From the NCBI GenBank assembly GCA_027717655.1, contig JALLOH010000002.1, positions 3,474 to 67,473 of the forward strand: 64,000 bases of DNA, written 5' to 3'. This DNA is from Acidobacteriia bacterium AH_259_A11_L15 (GTDB lineage: Bacteria > Acidobacteriota > Terriglobia > Acidiferrales > 2-02-FULL-67-57). Of this stretch, positions 55,715 to 63,933 are shown piece after piece (positions within the stretch are counted from its first letter, which is position 1; every line of letters starts with the position of its first letter). The translations under genes were made by a program, and so were the position numbers. The notes under the pieces are model-generated. The model saw nothing but the letters and a program-made list of their open reading frames with translations. It was not told where the DNA came from and searched no databases.

Positions 55715-57655
55715 ATGGCGGAGACAATCAAAGTCACGCTGCCGGAGGGGCAGGTTGAAGAGGTGCCCAAGGGCACCACCCCGCTCGAGCTGCTGAAGAA
55801 GCTCAACCAGCGCCTGGCCGAGCAGGCCATCGTGGCCCAGAGCGACGCCGAGCTGATCGACCTCGACCGCCCGCTCACCCAGGACACTGCGCTCCGCTTC
55901 CTCACCCCGGACGACGCGGAGGGGATGTTCGTCTTCCGGCACAGCTCGGCGCACCTGCTGGCCGCCGCCGTGCTCGAGCTCTACCCGGAGGTCAAGCTGG
56001 GCGTGGGCCCGCCCACCGACAACGGTTTCTTCTACGAGTTCTTCCGCGAGCAGCCCTTTACTCCCGAAGACCTGGAGAAGATCGAAACAAAAATGCGGGA
56101 GCTGCGCGACCAAGACCTCCGCTACGCGCGCCGGATGATGAAGCACGACGAGGGCCTGAACTTCTACCAGCAGCAGCACCAGGACTTCAAGTGCGAGCTG
56201 GTGCAGGAGAAGGCCGAAGGGGCTGAGTTCAGCGTTTACGTCACCGGCAAGTTCGTCGACTTCTGCCGCGGGCCCCACATCCCCTCCACCGGGCGCATCC
56301 GGGCCTTCAAGCTGCTCAACGTCAGCGGCGCCTACTGGAAAGGCCAGGAAGGCAACCCGCAGATGCAGCGCATCTATGGCACCGCCTTCCCTTCCCAGGC
56401 CGAGCTCGACGACTTCCTCCACCGGCTGGAGGAAGCCAAGCGGCGCGACCACCGCAAGCTCGGACCCGAGCTCGACCTCTTCAGCTTCCAGGAAGAAGGC
56501 GGCGCCGGCCTGGTCTTCTGGCATCCCAAGGGGGGCACCGTGCGCACCCTCATGGAAGACTGGGTGCGCTCCGAATATCAGCGCCGCGGCTACCAAATGG
56601 TCTACACCCCGCACGTAATGCGGCTCGACCTCTGGAAGACCAGCGGCCACCTGAACTATTACCGCGAGAGCATGTTCCCGGCCATGGAGACGGAGAACGT
56701 TGCCTACCAGCTCAAGCCGATGAATTGTCCGGGACACATCCTCATCTACAAGAACCGCCGGCGCAGCTACCGCGAGCTGCCCCTGCGCTTGGCCGAGCTG
56801 GGCACCGTCTACCGCTACGAGCGCGGCGGCGTGCTTCACGGCCTCTTGCGCGTGCGCGGGTTCACCGTGGACGACGCCCACATCTTTTGCAGGCCCGAGC
56901 AGGTGGAAGAGGAAATCTTGGGCTGCGTCGACTTCGCCGTAGACGCCCTGAAGACCTTCGGCTTCGAAAACTACCAGGTCGAACTCTCCGTTCACGACCC
57001 CGCCCATCGCGAGCACTACGCCGGCAAGCCCGAGGACTGGAACCACGCCGAGGCCGCGCTGCTCGGCGCGCTCAACCGGCGGGGCATCCCCTCGAAGCGG
57101 ATGGAAGGCGAAGCGGTCTTCTACGGGCCCAAGATCGACCTCAAGCTGATTGACGCCATCGGGCGCCCCTGGCAGCTCTCCACCGTGCAGTTTGACTTCA
57201 ATCTGCCCGAACGCTTCGACCTCAGCTACACCGGCGCCGACGGCGCAGCCCACCGGCCGGTGATGATCCACCGGGCGCTCTGGGGTTCGGTGGAGCGTTT
57301 CTTCGGCGTGCTCCTGGAGCACTACGCCGGCGCTTTCCCGGTGTGGCTGGCGCCGGTGCAAGCCATCGTGCTGCCCATCAGCGAGAAGCACCTGGACTAC
57401 GCCCGGGAAGTCACCGACAAGCTGCGCGCCGCCGGCTTCCGGGTCGAGCTCGACGCCCGCAATGAAAAGCTCCAGGCCAAGATCCGCGACGCCCAACTGC
57501 AGAAGATTCCCTACATGCTGGTGTGCGGCCGGAAAGAGCAGGAAGCCGGCACCGTCAGCGTCCGCTCGCGCAGCCGGGGCGACCTGGGGCCGCAGCCGCT
57601 GCCCGACTTCCAACGGGAACTCGCCCGCCGGGTCGATACCCGGGCAGTTGACTAA
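55715..57655 (+). CDS. thrS: threonine--tRNA ligase
   Basis: TGS domain, HSSAHLLA editing-domain motif, class II core (FRHE-like, MNCPGH, RVRGFTVDDAHIF), anticodon-binding domain. Confidence 0.97.
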   Translation: MAETIKVTLPEGQVEEVPKGTTPLELLKKLNQRLAEQAIVAQSDAELIDLDRPLTQDTALRFLTPDDAEGMFVFRHSSAHLLAAAVLELYPEVKLGVGPPTDNGFFYEFFREQPFTPEDLEKIETKMRELRDQDLRYARRMMKHDEGLNFYQQQHQDFKCELVQEKAEGAEFSVYVTGKFVDFCRGPHIPSTGRIRAFKLLNVSGAYWKGQEGNPQMQRIYGTAFPSQAELDDFLHRLEEAKRRDHRKLGPELDLFSFQEEGGAGLVFWHPKGGTVRTLMEDWVRSEYQRRGYQMVYTPHVMRLDLWKTSGHLNYYRESMFPAMETENVAYQLKPMNCPGHILIYKNRRRSYRELPLRLAELGTVYRYERGGVLHGLLRVRGFTVDDAHIFCRPEQVEEEILGCVDFAVDALKTFGFENYQVELSVHDPAHREHYAGKPEDWNHAEAALLGALNRRGIPSKRMEGEAVFYGPKIDLKLIDAIGRPWQLSTVQFDFNLPERFDLSYTGADGAAHRPVMIHRALWGSVERFFGVLLEHYAGAFPVWLAPVQAIVLPISEKHLDYAREVTDKLRAAGFRVELDARNEKLQAKIRDAQLQKIPYMLVCGRKEQEAGTVSVRSRSRGDLGPQPLPDFQRELARRVDTRAVD

Positions 57656-57910
57656 ACTCTTGCCTTCCGCCCGGGTCTGCTATACTCTTTTTCGAGCCGC
57701 GCGGCGCGAGGGAGTCCCGAAGCCTCGGGAGGCCGCCCGGCGCGTGGAATCCATGACACCCAAGCCGCCCGCGTCGTGAGTGTTGTCTCTGGACAAGCCG
57801 CGACCCGGCGGGCGCGGGTTCGCCCCGTCGAAGTCCCGCAGAGCGGGATGGAAGGCGGGGTAGATTTTTCTTAGGAGGCGGTTACGAGCGTATCGAATCG
57901 AACTCTCCGG

Positions 57911-58459
57911 GTGAACCAGCGAATCCGCGTCCGCGAGATTCGCTTGATCGACGAAACCGGCCAGCAAGTCGGCATTATGCCCCCCCTGGAAGCCCTGCGG
58001 CGAGCCCGCGACAATGGCCTCGACTTGGTGGAAATTTCCCCCACCGCCCAGCCGCCCGTCTGCAAGATCATGGACTACGGGAAGTACTTGTATGAACTCA
58101 ACAAGAAGATGCACGAGCAGCGCCGCCACCAGAAGAGCACCCGCCTCAAGGAAGTCAAGCTCCGCCCCCGCACCGACCAGCACGACTACGAATTCAAGAA
58201 GAACCACGTGCTGCGCTTCCTCCAGGAGGGCGACAAGGTGAAGCTGGTGATGATTTTCCGCGGCCGCGAAATGGCTCACCAGGACCTGGGCCGCAAGAAG
58301 CTGGAGAAGCTGATCGGGGAAGTCGCCCACCTGGGCGCGCCCGAGAGTCGGCCCGCCATGGAAGGCCGGGCGATGATTACCGTGCTGGCCCCCAAGCCGC
58401 AGACCAAGCGCCCCAGCAAGGCTGGCTCGGAGCGCTCCGGGGACGCCGCCAATGCCTAA
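57911..58459 (+). CDS. infC: translation initiation factor IF-3
   Basis: NQRIRVREIRLIDETGQQVGIM...LVEISPTAQPPVCKIMDYGKY... The listed GTG 57911 has no RBS. A strong AGGAGG lies at 57873-57878, so the true start is probably a non-canonical codon upstream (see findings). Confidence 0.9.
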   Translation: MNQRIRVREIRLIDETGQQVGIMPPLEALRRARDNGLDLVEISPTAQPPVCKIMDYGKYLYELNKKMHEQRRHQKSTRLKEVKLRPRTDQHDYEFKKNHVLRFLQEGDKVKLVMIFRGREMAHQDLGRKKLEKLIGEVAHLGAPESRPAMEGRAMITVLAPKPQTKRPSKAGSERSGDAANA

Positions 58460-58658
58460 GCTGAAGACCCACAGGGGAGCGATGAAGCGCTTCAAGAAGA
58501 CCGCCCGGGGAAAGTTTCTCCGCCGGCGGGCCCTGATGCGGCACCTGCTGAGCGGCAAACGAAAAAAGCGCAAGCGCCAGCTCCGCCGCACTGCCACGGT
58601 CAGCGCCGCGGACGCCGTCCGTATTAGGCAGCTCCTGCCCTACCGGCACAAAATGTAA
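58452..58658 (+). CDS. rpmI: 50S ribosomal protein L35
   Basis: MPKLKTHRGAMKRFKKTARGKF... Confidence 0.9.
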   Translation: MPKLKTHRGAMKRFKKTARGKFLRRRALMRHLLSGKRKKRKRQLRRTATVSAADAVRIRQLLPYRHKM

Positions 58659-58691
58659 GCTGAATCTCTCTAGAAAGGAACCGCCGCTCTC

Positions 58692-59054
58692 ATGCCACGA
58701 GTCAAACGAGGACCGAAACGCGCCCGCCGCCGGAAGAAGATCCTCCGCCAGGCCCGAGGCTACTACCTGACCCGGTCGAAGCTCCATCGCCAGGCCCGCC
58801 TGGCCGTGCACCGGGCGCTGCAGTTCAGCTTCCGCCACCGGCGCACCCGGAAGCGGGAGTTCCGCCGGCTGTGGATCGTGCGCCTGAACGCCGCCGCCGC
58901 CCGGCACGAGCTGAGCTACAGCCGGTTGATGGACGGCCTGCACAAGGCGGGCATCGAGCTCGACCGCAAAGTCCTGGCCGACATCGCCGTGCGCGACCCC
59001 CAAGGCTTCGCCGCCCTGGCCACCACCGCTAAACAGGCCGCCGCTGCCGCCTGA
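58692..59054 (+). CDS. rplT: 50S ribosomal protein L20
   Basis: MPRVKRGPKRARRRKKILRQARGYY...FRRLWIVRLNAAAR. Confidence 0.95.
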   Translation: MPRVKRGPKRARRRKKILRQARGYYLTRSKLHRQARLAVHRALQFSFRHRRTRKREFRRLWIVRLNAAAARHELSYSRLMDGLHKAGIELDRKVLADIAVRDPQGFAALATTAKQAAAAA

Positions 59055-59469
59055 CGGGCCCCCTCACCTTCGCCGCCGAGGCCGGCTTGCCCTGAGCTCA
59101 TCGAAGGGTGGCACCTGCCACCGGCTTTTCACCTGGATGCGTCAAGGGTCTCTTTTCGCTGCTTGCCCTGTCGTGTAAACTGCGGCACGAACTCCCCGTG
59201 GCAGGTGCCACGGGGCTCAGCGCAGTAGGTGAGTGTTTTGATAGGGCAGGGCTTCAGCCCTGCCGTTCGCGGCTGTTAAAGATTGGGCTTTAGCCCCTGA
59301 GGACACCCGGCTTTTCCGCAACGCGGCTCTCGTGTAAACTGCCTGCCTTGAACGAGAAGCTTGGGTAGGACAAGGCTTTATGCCTTGCCGCTCAACCGGC
59401 AGGGGATGAACCCCTGCCCTACCCAGCCCGATTGTCATCCTGAGCGAAGCGAAGGATCTCAACGCAGCC
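59055..59469. repeat. 415-bp rplT-pheS spacer made almost entirely of dispersed repeats (families E, D, A)
   Basis: REP pair at 59106-59124 and 59194-59223 (inverted), TCGTGTAAACTGC at 59171 and 59330, family D at 59241-59300 and 59364-59424, family A at 59432-59460. Confidence 0.75.
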
Positions 59470-60615
59470 ATGACCGACATCCTGCAAAAGCTTCCGTTCA
59501 AGATTACGCAGCTGGGGATTCAATCACCTGAAGAGGTTGAGAATATTTTTGCAGAACTGCGGGCTGCGTTCGATCGGGAACTTGGGGAGAAACATGACAT
59601 AGAAGGGCTTGAAGGAATTCGAATCCGTTGGCGGGGTCGGAAAGGTCTTGACCGGCTTCTTCGTGATAACTGGCTCAAGCCCGAGTCAAAGTTCAAACCC
59701 GCAGTGGGCAAGGCGTACAACGATTTCAAGGACTATGTGGAATCCTCTCTCGCGCTGCGTTTGCAACACCTAAGAGCTCAAGAAGAAAGTCGCGAGATGG
59801 CCGCAGAAGGAGTAGATCTCACTCTCCCCGGGCTGGCGGCTCGCCGCGGCGCCCGCCACTTGGTCACCCAGACCCTGGAAGAAATTTGCGACATCTTCGC
59901 CCGCATCGGCTTTTCGGTGGTGGAAGGCCCGGAGGTGGAAACCGATTACTACAACTTCGAGGCCCTCAACATCCCTCAGCACCATCCCGCCCGCGACACC
60001 ATGGACACGCTCTATCTGGATCTGCCCGCCCGCGCCCTGCCCGAGGAAATCCGCGGCCCGCGCTCCGACCCCAATCAGTTCCTCCTGCTGCGCACCCATA
60101 CCTCGCCCGTGCAAATCCGCACCATGGAGAAGCAGAAGCCGCCGGTGCGCGTGGTGGTGCCGGGCAAGGTGTACCGCCGCGACAATCCCGACGCCACCCA
60201 CTCCTTTATGTTCCACCAGGTCGAAGGCCTGGCTGTCGACCGCGACCTCACCTTCTGCGAGTTTAAGGGCGCGATGGAGTATTTCCTGCGGGAGTTCTTC
60301 GGGCCGGAGACCAAGACCCGCTTCGCGGCCAGCTATTTCCCTTTCACCGAGCCCTCGGCCGACCTGGCGGCTACCTGCGGCGTCTGCCAGGGGTCCGGCT
60401 GCTCGGTCTGCAAGCACACCGGCTGGATCGAACTCTTCGGCGCCGGCATGGTGGACCCGGCGGTCTACGGATTCGTGGACTACGAGCCGGGGGAGCTGTC
60501 GGGGTTCGCCTTCGGGATGGGGGTGGAGCGGTTCGCCATGATCAAGTACGGCGTGGACGACCTCCAGCTCTTCTTCCAGAACGATGTGAGGTTCTTACAG
60601 CAATTCCGCCGCTAG
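59470..60615 (+). CDS. pheS: phenylalanine--tRNA ligase alpha subunit
   Basis: Class II motifs (HPARDTMDT, LLRTHTSPVQIR, YRRD, FHQVEG, GAGMVDP...GFAFGMGVERF). Confidence 0.95.
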   Translation: MTDILQKLPFKITQLGIQSPEEVENIFAELRAAFDRELGEKHDIEGLEGIRIRWRGRKGLDRLLRDNWLKPESKFKPAVGKAYNDFKDYVESSLALRLQHLRAQEESREMAAEGVDLTLPGLAARRGARHLVTQTLEEICDIFARIGFSVVEGPEVETDYYNFEALNIPQHHPARDTMDTLYLDLPARALPEEIRGPRSDPNQFLLLRTHTSPVQIRTMEKQKPPVRVVVPGKVYRRDNPDATHSFMFHQVEGLAVDRDLTFCEFKGAMEYFLREFFGPETKTRFAASYFPFTEPSADLAATCGVCQGSGCSVCKHTGWIELFGAGMVDPAVYGFVDYEPGELSGFAFGMGVERFAMIKYGVDDLQLFFQNDVRFLQQFRR

Positions 60616-60656
60616 CGAGAGGGCCAGCGAATCGAGAAACGCTTACAATGAAAAGC

Positions 60657-60730
60657 TTGTCATCCTGAGCGCAGCGAAGGATCTCAGCCGAGATTCTTCG
60701 CCCCGAATATTCGGGGCTCAGAATGACAAG
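60657..60730. repeat. family-A palindromic repeat (complete pair)
   Basis: CTTGTCATCCTGAGCGCAGCGAAGGATCTCAGCCGAGATTCTTCGCCCCGAATATTCGGGGCTCAGAATGACAAG. Confidence 0.8.
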
Positions 60731-60745
60731 CAACACACAAAGGCG

Positions 60746-61003
60746 ATGAACAAGAGACAACTCATCGTGCTCTGGCTGCTGGCGGCGTGGCTGGCGTTCT
60801 CGTTTCTCTACGCCGCCCGCCACATGGAAGAGCCCGGGCTGTGGCAGCGCACGCGAGCGCGGGTCTCACGAGAAGGCCCACCCGAGCCCGGAGTCCGCTA
60901 TGATTTTGTCTGGGAGCGCGACGCCGGCACGTTCCTTATGCTGGCCGTCCCCGGCCTGATCCTCGGGATCCCGCTCATCTTGACGCTCGGCCGCAAGAGA
61001 TGA
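60746..61003 (+). CDS. small hypothetical 2-TM membrane protein between pheS and pheT
   Basis: Hydrophobic helices at both ends (LIVLWLLAAWLAFSFLY; FLMLAVPGLILGIPLILTL). High GC3. Confidence 0.5.
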   Translation: MNKRQLIVLWLLAAWLAFSFLYAARHMEEPGLWQRTRARVSREGPPEPGVRYDFVWERDAGTFLMLAVPGLILGIPLILTLGRKR

Positions 61004-61007
61004 CGCG

Positions 61008-63053
61008 ATGAAGATCCTGCTCCAGTGGCTGAAAGAATACGTCGACTCCGGCGTGGCGCCGGAGAAGCTTGCCGCCGACCTGACCCTGGCGGGGATGGCG
61101 ATGGAGGGGCTGAGCGAGACGGAGGCCGGGCCCCTGCTCGAGTTGGAAATCACCACCAACCGCCCCGACTTGATGAGCCACTACGGCGTGGCCCGCGAGG
61201 TCAGCGCGCTCTACGCCAAACCGCTCAAGCCCATTGAGCCCCAGCCGGTGGAAGTGGCCGACCTGGCCGCCGGCGCCGCCAAGGTGGAGATCGAGGCACC
61301 CGATCTGTGCCACCGCTACGCGGCGCTGGTGCTGTGCAACCTCAAGGTGCAGCCCTCGCCCGAGTGGCTGCGGAAGCGCCTGGAAGCCTGCGGGATTGCT
61401 TCCATCAACAACATCGTGGACGTCACCAACTACGTCCTGCTCGAGCTCGGCCACCCCACCCACGCCTTCGACCTCGACACCCTGGCCGAGAAGCGCATCG
61501 TGGTGCGGGCCGCCAAGGCCGGCGAGAAAATCACCACCCTCGACGGCGTCGCGCGCACCCTGAAGCCGCATCATCTCGTCATCGCCGACGCCAAGCGCCC
61601 GGTGGCGCTGGCCGGCATCCTGGGCGGGGCGGCGATGGAGATCAGCCTGCGCACCAAGAACGTCTTGCTCGAGTCGGCCTGGTTCGAACCGGTGACTACT
61701 CGCCGGGCGGCGAAAGACCTGGGCTTGCGCACGGAAGCCAGCGCCCGCTTCGAGCGCGGCCTGGACGTGGAGGCCCCGGTGCGTGCGGCGCGTCGCTGCG
61801 CGGAACTCTTCCTGGAGCTGGCCGGCGGCGAACTGCTCTCCGGTGTCATTGACGTCTACCCCCGCCGCTGGGACGTGCCCGAAATCACGCTTCGCCAGGG
61901 GGAAATCCTGCGCACTTTGGGCGAGGCGCTGCCCGCGGCTCTGGTCGAGCGCCTCCTGGCCGCGCTGGGCTTTGTGGCCGCCCGCGCCGACCAGGATTCC
62001 TGGCGGGTAGCCACGCCCTCCTGGCGGCGGGACGTCAGCCGCGAGATTGACCTGATCGAAGAATTGGCTCGTCACTACGGCTATGACAAGTTCCCCGCTC
62101 GCTTGCCGCCCGCGCGCCAGCCGGTGGTGCTCCGGCCCCACGCCCAGGCGGAAGCCGCGCTGCGGCGGGCGCTGGAGGCGCAGGGCTTCGACGAAGCGGT
62201 CTGCTTTACGCCCGTCCACCCCAAGGACGCAGAAAAATTCCTGGCGCCCGGCGAAGAGCTGGCGCGCCTGCGCAACCCCATCTCGGAAGAAACCTCCGTG
62301 TTGCGCCCCTCGGGCTTGCTGAGCCTGGTGGAGACGCTGGCCTGGAACGTGAACCGGGGCCAGCGCCACCTGCGCTTGTATGAAATCGGCAAAGCCTACG
62401 CGGTACGCGAAGGCCGCTTCCAGGAGCGCCGAGTACTGACCCTGGCGCTGACCGGCTTGCTGCGGGAGAAGAGCGTGCACGAGGACGAGCAGCCGGCCGA
62501 CTTCTTCGCCCTGAAAGGTGCGGTGGAGGCAGCGCTCCAGCCCTTCGCGCTTCCGCCTTTCGGCTTCCGCCCCTGCGACCTTGCCTGCTTCCAGTCGGGC
62601 GAGCGCGCCACGGTCGAGGCTGGCAGCCAGCGCCTGGGCGTGCTGGGCCGGCTGAGTTCGACGCTGGCGACCGACTTCAAGCTGCGCCAGGCGGCGTTTC
62701 TGGCCGAGCTCGACCTGGAGGGGCTCTATGCCGCCAGGCTGCTCGCTCCGGAGTATCGGCCGGTTCCGCGCTTCCCGGGGGTGACGCGCGACTTTTCGCT
62801 CCTGCTCGACTTGCCGGTCAGCTTCGGCTCGGTCCGGCGGACGATTGAGAGTCTGGGCCTGCCCGAGCTGGTGGCGGTGGCGGCCGTGGACCGCTTTCGG
62901 GGCGGCGCCCTCCCCGCCGACAAATACAGCTTGCTGGTGCGCGTCACCTTCCAGAGCCACGAGCGCACTCTGACCGACGAGGAGATCCGGTCGGCTTCGG
63001 GGCGAATCGTTAGAGCGCTGGAAAAGGAGTTGGGCGCCAAGCTGCGCGCGTAG
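61008..63053 (+). CDS. pheT: phenylalanine--tRNA ligase beta subunit (short form lacking the N-terminal OB-fold tRNA-binding domain)
   Basis: B1 start MKILLQWLKEYV, then directly ...LELEITTNRPDLMSHYGVAREV (B3/4), B5, FDX-ACB C-terminus. 681 aa versus about 790-800 aa in OB-containing forms. Confidence 0.93.
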   Translation: MKILLQWLKEYVDSGVAPEKLAADLTLAGMAMEGLSETEAGPLLELEITTNRPDLMSHYGVAREVSALYAKPLKPIEPQPVEVADLAAGAAKVEIEAPDLCHRYAALVLCNLKVQPSPEWLRKRLEACGIASINNIVDVTNYVLLELGHPTHAFDLDTLAEKRIVVRAAKAGEKITTLDGVARTLKPHHLVIADAKRPVALAGILGGAAMEISLRTKNVLLESAWFEPVTTRRAAKDLGLRTEASARFERGLDVEAPVRAARRCAELFLELAGGELLSGVIDVYPRRWDVPEITLRQGEILRTLGEALPAALVERLLAALGFVAARADQDSWRVATPSWRRDVSREIDLIEELARHYGYDKFPARLPPARQPVVLRPHAQAEAALRRALEAQGFDEAVCFTPVHPKDAEKFLAPGEELARLRNPISEETSVLRPSGLLSLVETLAWNVNRGQRHLRLYEIGKAYAVREGRFQERRVLTLALTGLLREKSVHEDEQPADFFALKGAVEAALQPFALPPFGFRPCDLACFQSGERATVEAGSQRLGVLGRLSSTLATDFKLRQAAFLAELDLEGLYAARLLAPEYRPVPRFPGVTRDFSLLLDLPVSFGSVRRTIESLGLPELVAVAAVDRFRGGALPADKYSLLVRVTFQSHERTLTDEEIRSASGRIVRALEKELGAKLRA

Positions 63054-63059
63054 GCGAAC

Positions 63060-63332
63060 ATGGACGACGCGACCCGCAACGGCTTCCGGAAGCTGGAGGA
63101 GCTGGAGAAGAAGATTTCGAGGGCAGTCGAAAACTTGAAGACGTTGCGCGCGGAGCGCGACGCCGCCCGGGCGGAAGCCGAAAAACTCCGGGCCGGCTTG
63201 AAAGAGCGCGGCGAGACCCTGCGGCAGCTCGAAGGCCAACTGGCCGAGTTCCGGGCCGAGCGCGAGCAGGTGCGCAGCCGCATCGAGCAGCTTGTGGCCC
63301 AAATTGATTCCCTCACCGAGGAACAGCTATGA
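63060..63332 (+). CDS. coiled-coil protein (ZapB-like cell-division factor candidate)
   Basis: 90-aa continuous heptad-rich sequence. Its stop overlaps the zapA start (ATGA). Confidence 0.5.
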   Translation: MDDATRNGFRKLEELEKKISRAVENLKTLRAERDAARAEAEKLRAGLKERGETLRQLEGQLAEFRAEREQVRSRIEQLVAQIDSLTEEQL

Positions 63333-63637
63333 AGAAGGAACTTCGTGTGCAGATTTACGGGCAGGCGCTCACCCTGAGCGGCGATTTGGAGCCCGGCTAT
63401 GTCGAACGATTGGCCGGCACCGTCGACCGCAAGATGCACGCCCTGGCCGCGCAGACCCAAACCCTCGATACTCGCCGCCTGGCTATCCTGGCGGCGCTGA
63501 ACCTGGCCGATGCGTTGGAGCAATTGCAAGCGAAAGTCGAAAGCCAGCCCGCCGCGCTGCCGCGGGAGTTCGCCTCCCGCTTGGAAGAGTGCAACCGGCA
63601 GCTCGAGTCCGTCTTGAGGGGGGCCGCCCGGCCCTAG
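63329..63637 (+). CDS. zapA: cell division protein ZapA
   Basis: LRVQIYGQALTLSGDLEPGYVERLAGTVDRKMHAL...RLAILAALNLADAL is the ZapA pattern. Confidence 0.8.
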   Translation: MKKELRVQIYGQALTLSGDLEPGYVERLAGTVDRKMHALAAQTQTLDTRRLAILAALNLADALEQLQAKVESQPAALPREFASRLEECNRQLESVLRGAARP

Positions 63638-63699
63638 GGCAATCCGGGTGCCAAACTTCCCTGAATCGCTTCCTCGTTTTTTTCTCGCCTAATTTTCGC

Positions 63700-63730
63700 T
63701 TGACGCCGCCAGCGAAAGCCGCACTAGAAT
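63700..63730 (+). promoter_or_regulatory. promoter-like element for the 6S-like RNA (TTGACG-19-TAGAAT, T-rich UP region)
   Basis: TTGACG at 63700-63705 and TAGAAT at 63725-63730. The spacer is long (18-19 nt). A T-rich tract precedes it. Confidence 0.35.
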
Positions 63731-63736
63731 GGTAGT

Positions 63737-63933
63737 GGACTACGCCTGCGACGTTCGTGAGGGTGCTCGGGATAAACTGAGCCAACAGACGAAGAATGGG
63801 AGTTCGGGTCGCGTGCTGGTGAGCATGTCCCGAATCTTCGGGAAAGCCTAAAGGCGCGCGCAGAACACCCACCTGAACGTACGGTTCAGGCTACCAAGTG
63901 CCCCACGGCGCCGGCGGACGTAGTTCTCTTTTT
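63737..63933 (+). ncRNA. ssrS: candidate 6S RNA
   Basis: An ORF-free stretch of about 197 nt directly downstream of zapA, the conserved ssrS position in E. coli. The 5' end GGACUACG pairs with the 3' end CGUAGUUC, followed by a U-run. A long imperfect rod is possible (for example CGUGAGGGUGCUCGG with CCAAGUGCCCCACG). Confidence 0.45.
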
